A stretch of 64,000 bases of DNA, from positions 544,001-608,000 of the forward strand of contig CAWFQK010000004.1 of NCBI GenBank assembly GCA_963817955.1, written 5' to 3'. How positions within the stretch are numbered: position 1 is the first letter of the stretch; each line of letters begins with the position of its first letter. Below are positions 59,687-64,000 of the stretch, in pieces. Position numbers and translations under genes: made by a program. This DNA is from an uncultured Gemmatimonadaceae bacterium (GTDB lineage Bacteria > Gemmatimonadota > Gemmatimonadetes > Gemmatimonadales > Gemmatimonadaceae). Under the pieces are notes generated by a model. It did no database searches. It saw only the letters and a program-made list of their open reading frames with translations, and was not told where the DNA came from.

Positions 59687-61687
59687 TCAATAGTCGAAGA
59701 TCAGTCGGACGAGAGTTCCGGTGGGTACTATCTGCCCCGCCGCGGGGTTGGTCGTTCCCGAACCGCCGCCGGCCTGAGCGAGGTCTATGCGAAAGCCGGC
59801 ATTGTGCAACGAACGCACCGCATCGCGGAGTGTGAGCCCGCGCACATCGGGCACTGCGTGCAAGATACGAGGAGCCGGCTCGGGGCGAGACGCAGGCAAC
59901 GTCACCACGAACGGCACGTTGACGGCACTGTCCCGGGACGACTCCACGACCGCGGTGCGGACGGGGACCGTTGACGCCGGTGTTGCCGCGTGCCCAGCCG
60001 AAGCGTTCCGCGCCGTATCCGTGCGCAATGGCATGACGCTCGACGCCAGCTTGGCGCGGTCGAGCGCGGCGTCGCGCGCGGCGACCGCCGCTTGGAGAAT
60101 GGCCTTGGTGACCGGAGCAGCTGTTTGCGCCGCGAAGATGGAGCTCTGTGGGGCTGTCATTTTCACGACGATCACATACTGCGGCGCGTCCCCCGGGAAC
60201 AACCCAACGAAGTTCGGATTGTACCGGCCGGCGACGTACCGACCGTGAACCGTGCTACGCGGCGTTCCCGTCTTTCCTGCGAGCTTGTAATTGTCGAGTG
60301 CAGCCTCGAGCGCCGTGCCTTCATCGACCACGTCGAGGAGCATATGACGCACCTTGTCAGCCACGGGTTTTGACGTCACCCGCCTGACCACGCGCCGCTC
60401 GTGCTTGTACCGGACGGAGCCGTCGGGCGCGATGATCTCCTTGACCAGCGCCGGCTCGATGAGCTCTCCCCCGTTGGCGAAGACTGCATATGCAGCGGCA
60501 AGTTGCAAGGGCGTAACCGAGACCTCATACCCCATTGCCATGGAGTTGGCCGACTGCAGTGACCAGCTCTTCGGAGCGCGCAGGACACCGCCGGATTCGG
60601 TGGGATACGGCAGCCCCGTCGGCGTACCGAACCCGAAATCGCGCAGTGTCTCGAATTCCTCGCGAGGGGTGAGCCGCTGGGCGAACTTCACGATCCCGAT
60701 GTTGCTCGACCAACGCAGTACGTCGGCCAGCGACGCTCGACCGATATGATGCTCATCACGGATCGAGCGGCCGTTGATCTCATATACTCCGTTTCCCGTG
60801 TCCACGGAATCGGCGTCCGAAACGCGACCACGGTCGAGCAGTCCGGCGGCGAGAAAGGGCTTCATCGTCGAGCCGGGTTCGAACGGATCGGTAATCACGG
60901 TAGCCGATGTCTGCCGCGGATCCAGCCGGCGGCTGGCCATGGCAAGGATGTCACCCTCATGCGGATCGAGGATGACGATGTCGCCCCCCTCGGCACCCAT
61001 GCGCACGACCGCATCGCCAAGTGCTTTCTCGGCGATCTCCTGGAGGTCGGCATTGATCGTGAGAACGACGGTGTTGCCCTTCACTGGCGCGGTGCCTGGC
61101 GCGATGGGCGACTCGCGGCTCTGGCCTTTCGAGTCCTTGAATATCGTGGCGTTGCCGGGCGTGCCCCGCAGGATGGAGTCGAGCGACAGCTCGAGACCAT
61201 CGACCGGCTTGTCGTCCGCGTCCACGTGTCCCACGATCCCCTGCGCGCCCTGCGAGGCAGCGTACGCGCGCGCGATCATGTTGTACGAGTGCACGCCGCG
61301 GAGCATCGTGGCCGGCGCGGCATCCACGGCCAGGAACCGGCCGGGAACGGTGAGATACCGCACCGATGGATTCAGTGCTCTGGCGATCAGGGAACGATCG
61401 ACGGGTAGGCTGGCCAGTGCCGAACGCAGTTTGCCCGGTTCATTCACCTCGCGCGGCGCTATCTCCAGCCGTACCATTTCCCGGCTCTGCGCCAACACGC
61501 GGTGCGTGGCATCGAGAATCTCGCCACGCGGAGCGGGCACCGTTCGCGCCGAGGTCTGTTGCCGCTCCGCGCGCGCCAGCCAGACATTGCCGTGCACGAG
61601 CTGCACGCTCGCCGCCTTGATCACGATGGCCAACGCGAACACCGCGAGAACGGCGTGCGCCAGGCCGATCCGGCTAGGGCGAATCAT
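59687..61687 (-). CDS. ftsI: Class B penicillin-binding protein FtsI with C-terminal PASTA domain
   Basis: PRGEILD, EPGSTMK (SxxK), SSN, KTGT, VPDVRGLT. Confidence 0.93.
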   Translation of the reverse strand: MIRPSRIGLAHAVLAVFALAIVIKAASVQLVHGNVWLARAERQQTSARTVPAPRGEILDATHRVLAQSREMVRLEIAPREVNEPGKLRSALASLPVDRSLIARALNPSVRYLTVPGRFLAVDAAPATMLRGVHSYNMIARAYAASQGAQGIVGHVDADDKPVDGLELSLDSILRGTPGNATIFKDSKGQSRESPIAPGTAPVKGNTVVLTINADLQEIAEKALGDAVVRMGAEGGDIVILDPHEGDILAMASRRLDPRQTSATVITDPFEPGSTMKPFLAAGLLDRGRVSDADSVDTGNGVYEINGRSIRDEHHIGRASLADVLRWSSNIGIVKFAQRLTPREEFETLRDFGFGTPTGLPYPTESGGVLRAPKSWSLQSANSMAMGYEVSVTPLQLAAAYAVFANGGELIEPALVKEIIAPDGSVRYKHERRVVRRVTSKPVADKVRHMLLDVVDEGTALEAALDNYKLAGKTGTPRSTVHGRYVAGRYNPNFVGLFPGDAPQYVIVVKMTAPQSSIFAAQTAAPVTKAILQAAVAARDAALDRAKLASSVMPLRTDTARNASAGHAATPASTVPVRTAVVESSRDSAVNVPFVVTLPASRPEPAPRILHAVPDVRGLTLRDAVRSLHNAGFRIDLAQAGGGSGTTNPAAGQIVPTGTLVRLIFDY

Positions 61688-62000
61688 GTTTCGCGGACGG
61701 AACCGATGATGATGAGCGTTTCAGAAATACCTGCTGCTCAGGCTTCGGAATGTGCATGTGCAACTGCTGCTCGGCGATCGGCTGCAGCCGGGCACGGCTC
61801 GACGCATCGCGAATCTGGCCCTCGAGCCGGATGCGATCGGCCACGATCGCATCGCGCGTGCGTTGCAGATCACGAAGCTCGACCTGTTGCTTCACGCCAA
61901 GGACCCTCCGCCATATGACGCCCGTGGTGACCAGGACGAAACCAACGAGCACCAGCGCGATGAAGGATCGCTTGCCAGGGGCTACTCGGCGTTTTGCCAT
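61674..62000 (-). CDS. ftsL: Cell division protein FtsL-like
   Basis: Short protein with TM and coiled coil, between rsmH and ftsI. Start ATG 62000. Confidence 0.75.
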   Translation of the reverse strand: MAKRRVAPGKRSFIALVLVGFVLVTTGVIWRRVLGVKQQVELRDLQRTRDAIVADRIRLEGQIRDASSRARLQPIAEQQLHMHIPKPEQQVFLKRSSSSVPSAKHDSP

Positions 62001-62911
62001 GCACGCAGCTTCGCGCTTCGCGCGCGAGGATTTCGCAGAATTTCGTCCTGTGAGGCGATGAGCGCCCGGCGGGTGAGCGTGGTACCGAGGGCACGGCCGC
62101 GGCAGGTGCAGACCGGCATCTTCGGCGGACAGATACACGTGGCGCTCCAGTCGCGGAACGCGTTCTTCACGATGCGATCTTCCCCTGAATGATAAGCGAT
62201 CACCGCCAAGCGGCCACTCGGCGAAAGCCGGTCGCGCAACGCCGGGAGCGCCCGCGTGAGACCCGGGAGCTCGTCGTTCACGGCAATGCGCACCGCCTGG
62301 AAGAGCCGTGCGAAGTCACCCGCGCCGCTCCGCGCCCCGAGGACGGCGCGAATGGCTCCCACGAGGTCGTCACTCGTTTCGAACGGTTTGGTGGAGCGAC
62401 GACGCACGATCTCGCGCGCCAGACGGGCGGCGCGTGGTTCGTCGCCGAACTCCGAAAAGAGGCGGGTGAGCGTGGCCTCGTCTTCATCGTTGAGGATGTC
62501 GGCGGCACTCTGCGCCACGTCGTCACCCATGCGCATGTCGAGTCGGGCGCCCGGCCGAAAGCTGAATCCCCGATCGGTTTCGTCGATCTGGTGGGACGAT
62601 ATACCGAGGTCGAGCAGGATGCCATCGAACACCAGCCCATCGAGCGCGGGCAGGTCGTTGATGGTGGCGTAGTTCGATTGCACCGCGCTGAATTTCCCCG
62701 AGGCGGCAAAATCATGGAGTCGGAGCGCCGCCGCCGCGAGAGCGTCAGGGTCGCGATCGACGCCAACCACGGTCTGGACGCCAGCCTGGAGCATGGCGAG
62801 GCTGTGCCCGCCGCCGCCGAGCGTGCAATCGAGAACCCGACGACAGTCGCGGAAGATCTCGATGATCTCGGCAGCGAGCACAGGCGCGTGATATGCGCTA
62901 GCGAATGACAT
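61982..62911 (-). CDS. rsmH: 16S rRNA m4C1402 methyltransferase
   Basis: YHAPVL, DCTLGGGGHS, DLGISSHQID, RGFSF, LDMRM, YHSGEDR, NPRARSAKLR. Start ATG 62911. Confidence 0.97.
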   Translation of the reverse strand: MSFASAYHAPVLAAEIIEIFRDCRRVLDCTLGGGGHSLAMLQAGVQTVVGVDRDPDALAAAALRLHDFAASGKFSAVQSNYATINDLPALDGLVFDGILLDLGISSHQIDETDRGFSFRPGARLDMRMGDDVAQSAADILNDEDEATLTRLFSEFGDEPRAARLAREIVRRRSTKPFETSDDLVGAIRAVLGARSGAGDFARLFQAVRIAVNDELPGLTRALPALRDRLSPSGRLAVIAYHSGEDRIVKNAFRDWSATCICPPKMPVCTCRGRALGTTLTRRALIASQDEILRNPRARSAKLRAWQNAE

Positions 62912-63731
62912 GACTTCCAAGCATATCACCCTGATCGTCCCTTGTGCACGAGCCGGCCGCGCTGACGTTCGAAACCTCGTGTGCTGGGTACGGGAGAGGG
63001 GCCACCTCGTCGATGTCCATACCACGTTCGAGGCCGGGCAAGCCACCGCGATCGCCGCCGATGCCGCGCAGCAGGGTGTCGACGTCGTGGTCGCCGCAGG
63101 CGGCGACGGCACCATCAACGAAGTGGTCAATGGGCTGGACGGGTACGACGTGCCACTCGGAATCATCCCGCTGGGCACGACGAATGACTTTGCGCGTCAG
63201 GTTGGGGTCCCGGCAGATGCCGATCATGCGATGGATGTTATCCTCCACTCCAAGCCTAGACGACTCGATACGGCTTCGCTCAACGGCCGTCGTTTTCTCA
63301 ACGTGTCCGTCGGCGGCGTGGCATACGCGATCAGCGGCGTGCGCAAGCTAGCCGATTTTCGGGTCAGCGACGCACGCTTCCATGGCGTCGGATTTTGTTA
63401 TGAAGGCCCCTTTCTCATGTTCGCCGTCGGGCTCGTACGATCGACGGGCGGCGGCACGGTGCCTCCCAGGGCATTTGCTACCGACGGCCTGCTCGATCTC
63501 TGCATCGTAGAGCGCATGTCGCGTAGCGAGTTCGCGCGCACGATGTCCAAGGTGAAGCGTGGCGAACATGTTGGACATCCAGGGGTCCACTACGTCCAGC
63601 TCGGTTCCGTGACTATCGAGGCCGGCGAGGGCATCGCCGTGGACGTGGATGGCAAGATCTCGAATGCGCAACGGCTGACCTACCGGGCGCAGGCGCGCGA
63701 CCTCTGGGTCCACATGGCGCATCTGCCGTAA
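62910..63731 (+). CDS. YegS/Rv2252/BmrU-family lipid kinase homolog, apparently degenerate
   Basis: GGDGTINEV, PLGTTNDFAR, DGLLD. Shortened core and DGK in place of DGE. Confidence 0.8.
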   Translation: MTSKHITLIVPCARAGRADVRNLVCWVRERGHLVDVHTTFEAGQATAIAADAAQQGVDVVVAAGGDGTINEVVNGLDGYDVPLGIIPLGTTNDFARQVGVPADADHAMDVILHSKPRRLDTASLNGRRFLNVSVGGVAYAISGVRKLADFRVSDARFHGVGFCYEGPFLMFAVGLVRSTGGGTVPPRAFATDGLLDLCIVERMSRSEFARTMSKVKRGEHVGHPGVHYVQLGSVTIEAGEGIAVDVDGKISNAQRLTYRAQARDLWVHMAHLP

Positions 63732-63748
63732 GAGCCGGGACACGGGAC

Positions 63749-63785
63749 AAAACAAAAAGCGCCCGCGGGTCAATTCCGCGGGCGC
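63749..63785 (-). terminator. Rho-independent terminator
   Basis: Perfect 10-bp stem GCGCCCGCGG/CCGCGGGCGC with a 7-nt loop, followed on the minus strand by TTTTTGTTTT. Confidence 0.85.
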
Positions 63786-63812
63786 CCTCGTACGTGTGGC
63801 CAGCTGCAATGG

Positions 63813-64000
63813 CTACTTGCCGCAGTAGGCCTTCTTCATCTGCGGGATGTAATCCGCGTACTTTTGGATGTTGCCCATGATCGAGCCGGCCGCTTCCGTG
63901 TTGTACGAGCCGCCCGCAGGCATCGCCACTTGCGCCGTCGCCCACTGATCCTCGGCCACCTTGGCTTCGGCGCAAGCATTCGCCTTGGAATCCTTGGCCT
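63813..64000 (-). CDS. C-terminus of a hypothetical protein (5' part outside window)
   Basis: Open frame AKDSKANACAEAKVAEDQWATAQVAMPAGG...QMKKAYCGK* with biased codon usage, followed by the terminator. Confidence 0.7.
   Translation of the reverse strand, partial: AKDSKANACAEAKVAEDQWATAQVAMPAGGSYNTEAAGSIMGNIQKYADYIPQMKKAYCGK

Overview
GC-rich bacterial chromosomal window. The gene set and order suggest Gemmatimonadota (inference). It is mostly housekeeping genes on the minus strand: a cobalamin riboswitch before a BtuF-like lipoprotein, metK, a complete mannose-class PTS with HprK (ptsI is split by a 1-nt frameshift), nusB-rib genes, purM, argS, the methylmalonyl-CoA mutase large domain, fbp, comEC, miaB/mtaB, cdd-deoB-alr, mazG, asnS, recG, ftsY, and a dcw cluster (rsmH to ftsZ plus an M23 peptidase) that lacks mraZ, murB and ddl. 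The unusual part is a 2.6-kb island with no intact gene at 43200-45807. It holds a 52-unit, 21-bp-periodic degenerate array, a decayed helical-protein gene, a 7-7-7 palindrome, two inverted-repeat (MITE-like) elements and REP-like repeats. One of the inverted-repeat elements recurs in permuted order at 34.4-34.7 kb. Other oddities are (GGGACAC)n G-quadruplex-type tracts directly after stop codons, head-to-head overlapping start codons of rsmH and a degenerate lipid kinase, and candidate leaderless promoters. All calls come from reading the sequence and recognising motifs; no database searches were run.
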